From the NCBI GenBank assembly GCA_044892525.1, contig CM097887.1, positions 103,146,397-103,210,396 on the forward strand: DNA of 64,000 bases. Direction: 5' to 3'. Position numbers and translations under genes: made by a program. Source of the DNA: Schmidtea polychroa. Taxonomy: Eukaryota. Below, one piece after another: positions 47,574-60,260 of the stretch. The stretch's first letter is position 1, and each line of letters starts with the position of its first letter. Below the pieces are notes generated by a model. That model was not told the origin of the DNA. It saw nothing but the letters and a program-made list of their open reading frames with translations, and made no database searches.

Positions 47574-48490
47574 TTAAATAAGTAAACATCTGACGGTATC
47601 ACTGGCTCCTCTTACATTGTCATTTAATCAGTAATAAACGATTTCTAGAGTATACTAAATAAAAATTTTTATAAAATTGAATTGTTTCATTTAATAAACG
47701 TATGATCTCGACTGCCACTTATCAATAGCACACTGCGCAATTTGCCAAGCGATTTTATTTTATCATTCGAATAATATCCACTTTTTGTTAATATTCATTC
47801 AAAACTTAATAATAAGACCCTCAAAAATTTAATATGTTAATTTTCTCGTACACAAAGGGTTTTACTTTCCAATTAATTAATTAATAGGTATTTTATGTTT
47901 TACACAAATGTGCGATTTTCATTATCTTCCATTCATTTTCCGATATAATAATTTTTACCATGTTGTTGTCTTTATCTTTTATATATTTGACCCGTTTTCC
48001 GATTTCAAAATTTTAAACTTCAAACATTTTAACCGACAGACAGTCACTGCAACTTGAAGATATGAAGGGAAAATGTACCCTCAATGATGTCATGAACGTT
48101 GAACTTCATTATAAGAGACTCATGTTGTCCTGATATTTCTATTCTTGATATCTTTGACTATTCTAACATGTATTCACCCTAATGAAATATAAACTTTCTT
48201 TTTCTTTTTTATTAATGTATGATTGCTAACATTATAACCATGATAACCATTCATAATTATGTGCCCTTAGTTTAATTCATACGTACGTATATAACAAACC
48301 AACATTACATCCTGGAAAGAAAATGATACTTTAAAAGTAAACACTTAAAATTTCAAATACAAACACAAATACAAAAACCGTTTACTTAAAATCTGAAAAT
48401 TACCATGAGGTGAGTGGTTGACTCATCTTTTACTGACTACGAGTTAATACGATGCTAATGTACGTGTGGCCTCTCATTGATACTCTAACT

Positions 48491-48991
48491 CAGTGCTCTT
48501 CAACCTTTCGCAGTCGTCGGAACTCTTCCAATAAAAATTTCCCCATGTATATGTGGGCATGTATATATGTATTCAATTGGGGTTGTCGATGTGGTAATTT
48601 ATAAAAAAATAATGCACTTTATAATATAAAATTATTTTATTTAAATAATTAATGGCAAAAATATAAAGTTTAACATAAAAAAAATAGAAATTTGATATTA
48701 AATGGTACTCAATGACTAGGTTGAGCCTGTTTTTTGCTACAAATTACATTGAAATCTGGTACAATTCTTGTAATTTGTAGCCTCATTTCATTTTCAGCAT
48801 TGTAGCATTTCATAAATTTTCAAGGCGTAAAATTTTACAACAGAAAATTTTCAATGTATAAAATATAAATTATTATATGTTTATTTATATTGAAAACTTT
48901 TTTTATAAGAAATCATAAAATTTGTTCGCGGAACCCATAATTTTTTATACGGAACCCAAGGGTTCCGCGGAACCCAGGTTGAAGAACACTG
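48491..48991. mobile_element. Buster-type hAT MITE (501 bp)
   Basis: 16-bp TIRs CAGTGCTCTTCAACCT / CAGTGTTCTTCAACCT; perfect TSD ctctaact (48483-48490, 48992-48999). Confidence 0.95.
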
Positions 48992-49296
48992 CTCTAACTT
49001 GTAGCACGTGTACAAACATATGTGATGATAAATCAAAACTAATAAATATTATTATTATATTCAATTAAATAGCGTGAAATTTAAGACAATGATGAAATGA
49101 TCACTATCAATATCAATAGAAAACATTCATTTTGGAAACTTATTTATTAAGTCCAAATAACGCTTGAATTTGCCATTGCCTATGTACTGAAACCTACCAA
49201 GATTTCGTGATTCTACAGTTAGTACACTATACAATAATCTGAATGAAATTGGTAAAAAATATTTCAAAATTTTGCATTTTACCTTGTAAATTAATA

Positions 49297-49766
49297 TCAA
49301 TCACTCCTTCCACCATTTGAGGATGATAACTGTGGGATATATGACGCCATGGCTGCCGCGTGATACATGGATGATAAACTGGGATTTGTTGGTGAGCTGG
49401 CAGTACTGAACACTGTATTGGATATTGAACCAAGGTTTGTCGATGGAAAGAAAAACGAAGAAACAGAGTTATTTGATGAGAGATATGGTGTTGTGAGCAT
49501 GTGGCTTGCTGCTTGGACATCATCTGGTACACCGTATGAGTCCATTATATTTGAAGAGTGATATGGTGTATTTATAAATGAAGGTAAAGAAGGAGAGGGC
49601 AATTGGACTGATCGATTAACGTTACCATTTATGACTTGCTGAACACCTCCATTCGTCGATGGTGAGGCAGTTTTTCTTGAATTGTTTGAGAAACAACCAG
49701 AAGATGCTAGATGGTGGCTTAATCCAAGAGGAGGCGGAGGTGGAGGAGGTGGCATAGCAGTCATAC
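49297..49766 (-). CDS. otp: Orthopedia, last coding exon (Pro/Ser-rich C-terminus, stop at 49297)
   Basis: ataaaAG acceptor at 49767-49768; phase 1 matches the GTGAGT donor at 51751; long low-complexity Pro/Ser frame typical of a transcription factor tail. Confidence 0.75.
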
Positions 49767-50483
49767 CTTTTATATTTAAAATAATAAAATATTTTCAATA
49801 AATTTCAAACAAAATTAAAATTCTTAATGTTATTTAAAACAAAATATTGATCAACAGTTTGGAATTAATTTATTTAATAAAAATTAAATTTCACCCCGGT
49901 AAACTAAATTATTCATACATGAATAATTTTCGATACACCATTTTCAAATTGAATCTGCTATAAGCAGACAACTTGTACGTCATATTCACGTGACATTTTT
50001 GCAGCTGCACAGAAAATAGAACCAATGTTCAATTAATTCAAAATTGTTTACTCATTAATATATTCGATGGATGTTGATAGAATCGAAAAATATTTTGCAT
50101 TTGTTCTTTGGTTTTGACTAGATGCCACTAATAAATATGTCTGCATACGTTGGGCAGAGTACATATTTTTATACTTATAGCAGGTTGGGATAATAAAATT
50201 CTATGATAAAATATTTTTTCAAAGGTAGTTCCAATCTGAAAACAGTTTTCAAAACGGATTGTTGTTTACTTTGATAATTGCCAAATTTATAAAATACTAA
50301 TAAGTTATTAGTAATAACCCTTTTATATAAAATAAATATACAGTAGAAGTCGCTTAATTGAGCCATGCTGGGCATAAAACCTTTCCCTAAATTAGTAGCT
50401 GTTCCAATTAACAGAAGTTTGTCAAAATACTATACTATCAAAATGCTATAAATAATAAATAACAAACTATTTATAGTCTACAG

Positions 50484-50808
50484 CAGGGCTTCTTAAACTT
50501 TTTTCATTCACGACCCCATTTATGATTGTAAACTTTTTTGCGATCCCTTATAATTTAAAATAAAGATATATAAATTTTTTGTGAAGATTTATTAATTAGG
50601 TAATAATATAAATACATATGAAAAAATTGACGTTTCAGTTTATTATATTGGTCACTGCGGGCAAATTCCCATTTGCCCAATGAATAGGAAAACATACGAC
50701 AATTATGAAATTTTATGTATTTAGATATTTTATATAAAAATTTTGCGACCCCAATATTTCGCTAGGCGACCCCATTTGGGGTCGCGACCCACAGTTTAAG
50801 AAGCCCTG
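50484..50808. mobile_element. Buster-type hAT MITE (325 bp) in an otp intron
   Basis: Perfect 16-bp TIRs CAGGGCTTCTTAAACT; perfect TSD gtctacag (50476-50483, 50809-50816); cgcgaccc subterminal motifs. Confidence 0.96.
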
Positions 50809-51751
50809 GTCTACAGTAAATAACATGGTATTTATTAAAAAATTTGACTATGAATCAGTGAAGATATCGATGTTTGTTTGTGATATTCACGAATTTTCGA
50901 CACAGAAGTTTTTATAATATAGTAAATAACTTAAAATTGACAAATAAAAAAATAATTTTAATAGGAAATGTTTTTTGATAGATTATGATTATTTCACAAT
51001 AATCTCAAAAATATTTTAAAGAGTTTATTCCTAAAAAAACCAATGTACATTATTATTATTAAAATATTTTTCTAAAATAGTTTTAAAATATTTATAAAAT
51101 TTTATAAATCCAGTTTTTTTAATCATTTTCCGTTCAAATTTTGGCATTAAGAAGACTTAAAATATTTACTGATTTTTTTTGTTGTTTTGTTTGAATGGAC
51201 GTAAAAGAAATATTAACCATAGAAGAATCTAATAAAGACATCTATTTATTTTCATTACTTTCTTGCATAAAAAATATCGGAATTTACATACAGAAATATT
51301 TAATAAACTAAAATTAGTTTCTCGGAATCTCCCAACTTTGCGCCACGGTGTCCCAACTACCCAATAATAATATATACCAAAATATTATATTTGTTTTTGT
51401 TGTTGAATTTTAATCCAAATTAATCAGAATCACTGTATGAATATTTGAAGTTTTTTGTTTGCCTTATGTACCTGACAAACAGAAAGGCCATTTTTACAAA
51501 TATTTTTATATATAAAATCTAAATTTTATCGGTATATTTGAAATAAATTGAAAAATAAATAATAAAATAATAAGTATTCATAAAATAACATTTTATTATT
51601 TTTAAAAGACATCTTTAACAATAAATTATATTGAATTGTAAAATAAATTCGGAACATTTATTTATTTTATAATGCAGAAAAACTTTAAAAATACCATCAG
51701 GAGAATATTTATAAATATTTTGGAAATTCAGATAATAAATTTAAAACTCAC

Positions 51752-51977
51752 TCCAATATCTTTGGGACCAGGAAGCGGCATTTTCATTGATATCTAATGA
51801 TGGCCAAGTTGCATTCGATTTACCGTCAGACATGGGACAAGAGAAGTTGTTTCCGAATGGTTCTTGGAAATGTGCTGGACCAAATGATGCCAATGTCTGA
51901 AGGGCACTCGATGTTCGAAAAACATTTGATGTCTTTTTTCTTTTTTTCCATTTGGCTCGTCTGTTTTGAAACCAGAC
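51752..51977 (-). CDS. otp: Orthopedia, exon with homeodomain helix 3 (VWFQNRRAKWKKRKKTSNVFR)
   Basis: ttttgtcAG acceptor at 51978-51979, GTGAGT donor at 51751; sequence matches Otp WFQNRRAKWKKRKKT.NVFR. Confidence 0.95.
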
Positions 51978-52138
51978 CTGACAAAAACAAATCACAAAAT
52001 ATTTAAATTTAATAATTTTCAAAATTATAAATATTAAAAAAATAAATAACACTCTGTTTTCCATATAATAAGCCATATAATTTTTTACTGCTTTTTTTTC
52101 ATACGGGATTTATATAGAAGCCATCCCATAACATAAAC

Positions 52139-52415
52139 CAGCGTTTTCCAAACTTTTTTTACCTAGAAGCCCTTACCAACTTTAAAAAAGTTTCATAAAC
52201 CAAAATGAAGAAAATAAATATAATGTAAATCCTGCCAAATCGCGTTGACAAAATCAAAATGCAATACTAAATGAAATGGAAATACATTTATAAAATTTAA
52301 TCAAAACACAAATTGTCAAGGTTTTATTGTATTTTTGGGATTAGATTAGCAAATGTTCATTTAGGTTCACGGAACTCCTGATATAAATTGGCGGAACCAA
52401 CTTTGGGAAACGCCG
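52139..52415. mobile_element. Older Buster-type hAT MITE (277 bp) in the large otp intron
   Basis: Termini CAGCGTTTTCCAAAC / CGGCGTTTCCCAAAG; degenerate TSD acaTAaac / agtTAaac. Confidence 0.75.
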
Positions 52416-52502
52416 AGTTAAACCATATATAAATTTATATTATTAGTAATTAGTAAAAGATGGGAAAGTTTTAATAATTGAAAAACACCACCGACACCAT
52501 CA

Positions 52503-52615
52503 CGCTATATATTTCGACTGCTTATCAGTTTTCTTGAGGCTGGAAATCACATTAACACGTATTTGGTAACGTGATTTAGAGCATCAAGAAACTGATAAAT
52601 GGCTGAAATATAGTG
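52503..52615. other. Imperfect ~45-bp inverted repeat (foldback hairpin) with 20-nt loop
   Basis: Arm 52503-52550 matches the reverse complement of 52571-52615 (ttatcagttt(t)cttga, aaatcac, ctata..tttc blocks). Confidence 0.8.
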
Positions 52616-52803
52616 CAATGTTATTTAATATACTTAGTTGAGGTTTTTCAATGATATTCAATTTTTATTAATTTTCAAATATTTTTTATGCCATCAACAA
52701 TACAAATGCATATAAACTTTTGATATTAGAAGAGATTCTGGATTCAAGGATATTGAGACGTTGTAAATGCAAAGAGGGCAGATGAAGTGAATCCAATAAT
52801 GTA

Positions 52804-53115
52804 TTGGCTAGAAGTGCAGTTTGTAAGGGTCACAAACTAATTAATGAAGTGCTTGAAAATGAAATATTTTATTGGTTTTCAAATAGAAAAGCGAACCATT
52901 TGGTTGTTAACAAACGGAATTTTAAATATTTTTCAGTTAATCTTTCGAGGGAGTGTAAATATATAGAATATAAGGGATCTAAACATTGGGCAAATATATT
53001 TTTAAAAAGGCAGGAAATTAGTATTAGAAGAGCTACGACATTAAATAAAATACCGGATACTGAAGTAGTAAACACATGCATATCCGGGCTTATAAAAGGG
53101 GAAACACTGCAATAA
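52804..53115 (+). mobile_element. pogo/Tigger transposase fragment (CENP-B-type HTH)
   Basis: VLENEIFYWF..YKGSKHWANIFLKRQEISIRRAT follows the HTH_Tnp_Tc5 pattern LE..L..W..FKAS.GW...F.KRH.LS.R..T. Confidence 0.75.
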
Positions 53116-56100
53116 AATTATAAAATAAAGAAAGTGTTGAATAATAATTATTTATCTTATAATAGAAAAATAAATATAAATAATTTACAATAATTGAATT
53201 CATTATTATTGTAATTAAAATATTTTTATGAAATATTAATATATTAAAATAAAAATTACTGACATTATTTTTTTTAATTTATTTTTTTTTCATATGAACC
53301 AAATTGTATTTAAATAAATAGTTTAAGTTAAGTTATGCTTACCAATACTGAATTTGAAATTTTTAGCATTTTTAATAATATTTACACTGATTTTTTGAGA
53401 TTTTTATTTTAATTTTTATTTTAAATATCCGAAAACATTTGTTAAATTATTTTTGAGCAAAATAAAAATGCGAGTAATTTTGTATTGTAATTTTAATATT
53501 ATTAGGTTAATAAATAATTACTTTCGTTTTTAATTGGAAAATATAATGATATTTATAATAACAATTTTCCTTTTTTTTGATTTGTTTAAATAGTTAGTTT
53601 GATAATGATAATAATGACAAGGACTATCGTATAGTCGAAAATTCTTTCATTAAATACATTATTTGCAGCAAAAGGCTTAAATTATCATTTTATTGTTTTA
53701 AATAATAAATGCTGCTACCAANNNNNNNNNNNNNNNNNNNNNNNNNNNNNNNNNNNNNNNNNNNNNNNNNNNNNNNNNNNNNNNNNNNNNNNNNNNNNNN
53801 NNNNNNNNNNNNNNNNNNNNNNNNNNNNNNNNNNNNNNNNNNNNNNNNNNNNNNNNNNNNNTATAAAATTAAGACTTTATATTCAACAGGTACATGAATT
53901 TTGGCAAAACAAGATGGCCATGTAAATGATTTGTTCAATTTAACGAAGTAAAGTAAAAAAAAATTGTCACATGTAAAAGGATATTTCTTGCATGAAGTGA
54001 ACAAAAATGGATAATGTATTAAGAACTGCATGAAAAAGGACGCATTGTATATAGTTGCAAAGGTTGAACAATTCAATTTATAAGGAAAGACTTTTATGTA
54101 GCAATGAAAGAGCTAAAATAATATTTTTAGATGATAATTCAAGACCAGATATAACGAAAAAGGAAAATGGAAATTACTCGAGCTTGGTTACAATATTTTA
54201 CCTTATCCAACTATTCTACATATTTAGGATTCTCATATTATCATTTATTTTTGAAAATGAAACAATAAATAAGAAATAAATTATTCTTGAATAATAATAT
54301 TTTGTCGAATGAATAGAAGTTCTATTATAAACAAGTCTTTACTTTCATTACTAATATTATCTTTTTGTTATGCAATTTCTACGTATTTTTTTCTTACATA
54401 AAGCTTTATAAAACATACGCGTATCAGGAATCGCAAAAGAGTTAAATAAACGTTATGTATTAAAACAAATTTATTTATGAACGAATATTTTCATTAATAA
54501 ATAATAAGTGCACAGTCGAAAACGACCAAAATAAATTTAATAAATAATTAAATAAAAATAAATAAATAAACATAATGTTTTAATGGTTCTTCAAGGATTA
54601 TTTTTTAAGAATTATATTTTATTATTAAAATAATTTTCACTACTGTCAAGTATAAGTAAATTTTAAAAACAAGTTATTTCTCTGAGTATTTAAATTAATT
54701 TTTAATTATTTATTAACTATATTAAAAATAAATAAAGAAGAGTTTAAAATTTTTTATAACTGTATTTTATTTATTAGATTTTCCAAAAAAATTAATGATC
54801 ACTCGAAATTCTGAACATTTGACTGTCATGAAATAATAGAAGTTGTAAGCTCTTTAATTTAAAATATATATTTGAAATAATTTTGAAATAATATAATCCA
54901 AATGAAAAAGCACTTTGCAATAAAATTAGTCAACATTTTTGCTATTGAAATGAAAAACTTGTGTACCTTGTTCCTAAAATGATATTTTTATTTCATTGTT
55001 TTTATTCAAATATTCTTTTACCAATCATTACTTTATTATGAAATAATTAATATGACTTTTCTAATTAATCAGATTAGAGAAATTGATAGATTTTAAAGAA
55101 GCTAGAATTATTCGTTATAATATCAAATATATATTTTCAGATCACGGAACTTCATTTTCCAATTGTACCTGGCACTTTTCGAAATGATCTTCAGTTTGTG
55201 AAATAAATTAAAAATATTTCTGAGATTTTACAGATACTTTTTAGATTTTAATGAATTTATACATTTTTTGGGAATGATCATTGATTAAAATTTGATCATT
55301 TTGTTTTACAGCATATATTATTTTGTTTTAATTAGTCACTATTGATTCTTTGGAATATTTTAAACTTCAAGCAAATTGTTGAATTCATATTCGTATAATG
55401 ATTTAATTTAATTTAATTGAATTATTGAAATTTCAGATTTTTTAATTAATTTAGAAAAATAAATTGCGAGACTATTATTAAATTATTTAGATTATTATCA
55501 AATTTCATGATTTTTCAATTGTTTTTTTCTCTCTTAACATTTACTTTTATTAAGACTTAAAATCAAATTTCTCCTTATTTAACAATTTAACAAGTATTAT
55601 TTGAAAATGGGAGTACCGAAAAATTGTGTCACATGAGAAAATTTATTTATAGTCATTGTATTGTAAGTGATTTTTATTTTTTTAATATATTAATATCCCA
55701 CTTCTAACACCAGTTATGTCGAGGGATATAAATATGTTAGTTTGTATTATATTATGTTATATTAAGATTTTTCATATCGATGAATGTTATATTAAGGAAA
55801 TTTGTAGACCTCAGCAGAATCTCCTCAAAAAAGAATATATCGGGACTGCTGAGATTCTTGTATGTAATTGTATTTGTGCGTGAATATGTATATTAATATT
55901 TAAGTAATAAATGTTATGAAAAACAAACGAACTTTTAAAATGTCAAATTTTATTACTTTATGACAAATTTACTTACTAAAAAAATTGACTAACATATATT
56001 CTTTAACTTTCATATTCTCATTTAATTTCCAGATTGTTGCATAAATAATTTCTTTTATATTTTGCAATTGCAATTCTTGCCTTTAATTTTTCGATTTTTG

Positions 56101-57844
56101 AATTTTTGAATTATTTTTAATAATAATTGTCATCATAATCGCAATAAAATATTAATAGAAATCACAATAAAAAATAAAAATCACGTACAACACAGTCAGA
56201 ATGAAATAAAATAAAATGTTAAAATCATTTTGATTATTTAATAATAGTAGTGGTGTAAATATGGTTTTGGCGCTCCTCAACAAAAATTCTCCGTGGGGCT
56301 TCATGTTTTGAGTGTAATGGATATTTATATTAATAACATTAATACAGAATTGTGATAAATAAAATATAAAATTTTTTTTTGAATAATTTAATTTATAAAT
56401 TATTATAAGGAATTTAATAAATAACAAAACTAGTGATAGTCACGGAATGACTGAGATTTAATACACATTTAATAAAATATTCATATTCAAGTAAAAGTTT
56501 TGAGAATGTAAGGCCGAGAGTCTCCTTAGTCTTGGGTCCCTACACCATTCATTTTACAAGTATCTTGATATCTCGAGTCAGTGTCAATGTTTCAAAATAT
56601 CATTTTAATTTTAATTATCAAATTCAATTAAATTTTATAGTTAAATTCTTTCATTTAATCATTTTTTTATATGTTAAATAAAATGAGGATAAAATCTACT
56701 CATTTACAATTTTCCCCGCAAGTCACATTAAAACAATAACAGGCCTTTTTAAAAATAATTTTGAAATACACTTAAAATTTTTAAATTTATTTGTCATGGC
56801 GATCAAAAAATTCAATTTATTTATCTAGTTTTATGAAAATAAATATAAAAAATCGAAAATATTTAATCACAGTATGTGATTCACATATGAAAAGATTTTA
56901 ATTTAAAATAACTTAAAGTAAAATGATTTATTTTAATATTATATTAAATATTAAATTAAAAATTTTTGTTACTATTTCCACAATTACACTAAAAAATTTA
57001 GAATGTATGAAGCTTACAATTTCCTTCAACATTTAATGACGGATCTAAGAATGGAGGAAAACAAATATTTATTTGTATATTTAAAAATAATTATTTAATT
57101 AATGATTGGTTGAATGAAAATCTCTCGAAATATTTATTTAAGTTATTTACTTTATTAAAACAAATTTAATTGAACATTTATTCATCAAAAACTACCAAAG
57201 AACTGAAATTATTCGTCATCAAAATATAAAATTCATTCCCAAGAAAATCATTTCGCAAACATAATTTACCGAATAAATAAATGTCATCGATACAAAAAAA
57301 ATGACATCGCTGTTACGGAGGGGAAAAAATCCTTTTTCGAAATTTTTTTCCCTGATAATAGCTGAATCGAGAATTTGTGGCACTTAGCTCAGTCATTGTT
57401 GGATAATAAAACTCTCGCTCGACAAATGTAGTAATTGATCAGTCATTTATCAAATTCTGATCAGATAATGCTCAGCAGATTCACATTGGTCTGACCTACC
57501 CACCTAAATTTATGTCACAAAAATCGGAGATTCGTGGCTCCCAGGGGAAGTCTTTGAATCCGGTGTTGACTCGCTTGTTGAAATGATCGATTATCAAGAA
57601 GTCGTTGATGTTAAATGCAGTTTTGTCGGAAATGGGTCGATCTCTGTCAGTGTGGAAACGATTGATATATCATATATCATACACTCCTGTGCTACTAATT
57701 CCGGATGTGCGATGCAACTGTAGCTACTATCGATGTAATCTTATTATAATTTAGATATGAATTTGACATATTTTTCTGGTAATGCAAAATAATTGTTATA
57801 CTAATGTAATAATAATGTAAAAAATAATGCTAAGACAAAATGTG

Positions 57845-57871
57845 ATCATCATCATCATCATAATAATAAAA

Positions 57872-57921
<50 letters not shown>
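57845..57921. repeat. Compound (ATC)n/(AAT)n microsatellite
   Basis: Directly visible. Confidence 0.95.
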
Positions 57922-57923
<2 letters not shown>

Positions 57924-58345
57924 CAATAATGACTATTCTAGAAAATATAAACTCTCAGACTTATAAGTTTCTATTAAAAACTTTAATTATAATTTAATTT
58001 TCAAATTAAGTTTGTTAAAATTTCAAAACAAACACAAAGCTGATGATAGTATTATTTAAATAATTTTGTTTGAATACGTGTGTAAAAATAAATCTGCTTT
58101 ATGACAGCACATGACATAGCGAGCAGTGTTCATTGTCGTTTCCTGCAACCGACATATAGTCTCATGAGCTCCCTATCGAGATGATAGCACATTTTGACAG
58201 GACAGCCTCTCTGGGATTAATAGAGAGAAAGTAAAAATTATTTACAAACTTCATTCTATCTACTTTTAGGTTGTTACGGGCTATCAGTAGGTTATAAATC
58301 TCAAATTTGATTTATATCTGTTACATTAATCACACAATATGATTT

Positions 58346-58350
<5 letters not shown>

Positions 58351-58406
<56 letters not shown>
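58351..58406. repeat. (TA)n microsatellite
   Basis: Perfect TA run of ~28 units. Confidence 0.95.
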
Positions 58407-58411
<5 letters not shown>

Positions 58412-59949
58412 ATTATTATCGAGCTGAATAATTGAGTATCGAATTTAAAACAAGAAAAAAACAGCTTTATTATTTGAAAAAAAATATCAGCAATTTACTT
58501 ATATGTTTAATTTTGTTTATGAAAAAGAAATTCTCATTTACTCTTCATTCAGCATGATTAAAAGTGATATATTAAGTTTAACTTTTTACTCCGAACGACA
58601 CTTAGTTTACGAAATTAATTTTTAAAAATATTTATTCTAGGAAAAAAGAAATGTTTGAGTTTTGAATTAATAAACATACTCAACTTATTCAAATCAATTT
58701 TTATTATTTATATTTCTTTTAATAAGCTTTTCAAGTTTTTATTATATAAAAATATTTAGTACTAAAACCATAGTCAAAGTAAAACAAGAGCAAAATTTAA
58801 ATTATCACAAATATATTATATTACAAAAATAAAGAGTATTAAATAATTTTTAAAAGCTNNNNNNNNNNNNNNNNNNNNNNNNNNNNNNNNNNNNNNNNNN
58901 NNNNNNNNNNNNNNNNNNNNNNNNNNNNNNNNNNNNNNNNNNNNNNNNNNNNNNNNNNNNNNNNNNNNNNNNNNNNNNNNNNNNNNNNNNNNNNNNNNNN
59001 NNNNNNNNNNNNNNNNNNNNNNNNNNNNNNNNNNNNNNNNNNNNNNNNNNNNNAAATTGAAAATTAATTAATTATTAAATAAATTACTGTATTAGTAAAA
59101 GTGAATATTTATTAGTTCGATTATTCATAACAAGCCAATTGTTTGAATAATAGAAAATGGACAGTTTTTTGAATAATTTAATTTTTAATCTCATATGGTG
59201 ACCACAAAAAAGTATTTTCTAAGATAACACTTGCATATTTTTGCATACAATGACGAAACCAAAGTATGAGGTGAAATGTCTCACAAAGATTGTTCTCCTA
59301 CTAGATTATGGAGCAGGCCCCTAGAAAAATAAAAGATGTTGAAAAATGGTGGAATTCATTCCATAACCAACTTCCTTAAATTAAAATCTATTTAGAAATT
59401 ATTGAAAAGTAGCTCAAATATATTTCAATAAAGTTTTGAATAAAAATGAATTTATAAGAAAAATATTTTTGCCAAAATCGCCAGAATAAACAAGAGTTTA
59501 AATGATTACAGAGAAAAAGGACCCGAATATTCTAATAATAATATTCTGATTAATAATTTAAAAGTCAAGGTAAAAGAAAGCAATTAATTAATTGTAACGA
59601 GATATTGAAATTAGAGCCAATATTTAGGTGTTTGTAAATTTTAGGTTTTTATTGAAGACGCCTTATTCCTCACTCAATGTAGCAATAATCATTCAATAAG
59701 AACTGTTAAATTATTCATTTATTTTATGTTGCTGTAATTAGTAAAGTGAAAACTAGATTGAAACGGTGCTGATCAATAAAAGTCTATGTTGCTTGAGATT
59801 CGTTATAAACATGCTTTGGAGTCAGATTACCAGTTGTTAATTTATTATTTCACTACCAAAACTCAACAAAAAAAAGAAAAAGAAAATATATGATTGTACT
59901 TATAATTTAGATGTCTTGATAAGATCAATGCAAGAAGATCAAATAATGA

Positions 59950-60260
59950 AGCAATGTTGAATATTTTACATTTAATGACATAAATAGAGTATATTAACAA
60001 TTACAATTTGAATAAAAAATATTACTTAAATACATAAAATTAATGACACTGGATTAAATATTAATACAGAAAAAATGGTTTTTATGAAAAATGACATTAA
60101 AGCATTTGAGAAAACCATACATTCGGAAGGAATTCAAACTGATAAGTGCAATTTAAATGAAAAAAAATTTGGATAGTAAAAGTTAAATATTTTAAGGATC
60201 TGTAACTATTACAGAAAATTCATTAAAGGTTATGCAAAATTTTCAAAAAATTAATTTGGT
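59950..60260 (+). mobile_element. Highly decayed Ty3/gypsy reverse transcriptase fragment in the otp intron
   Basis: INDTGLNINTEKMVF..TIHSEGIQTDK and CNYYRKFIKGYAKFSK match the RT thumb motifs AGL.IN.EKC.F..IS..GI..D and NYYRKFI..YA; multiple stops. Confidence 0.6.
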
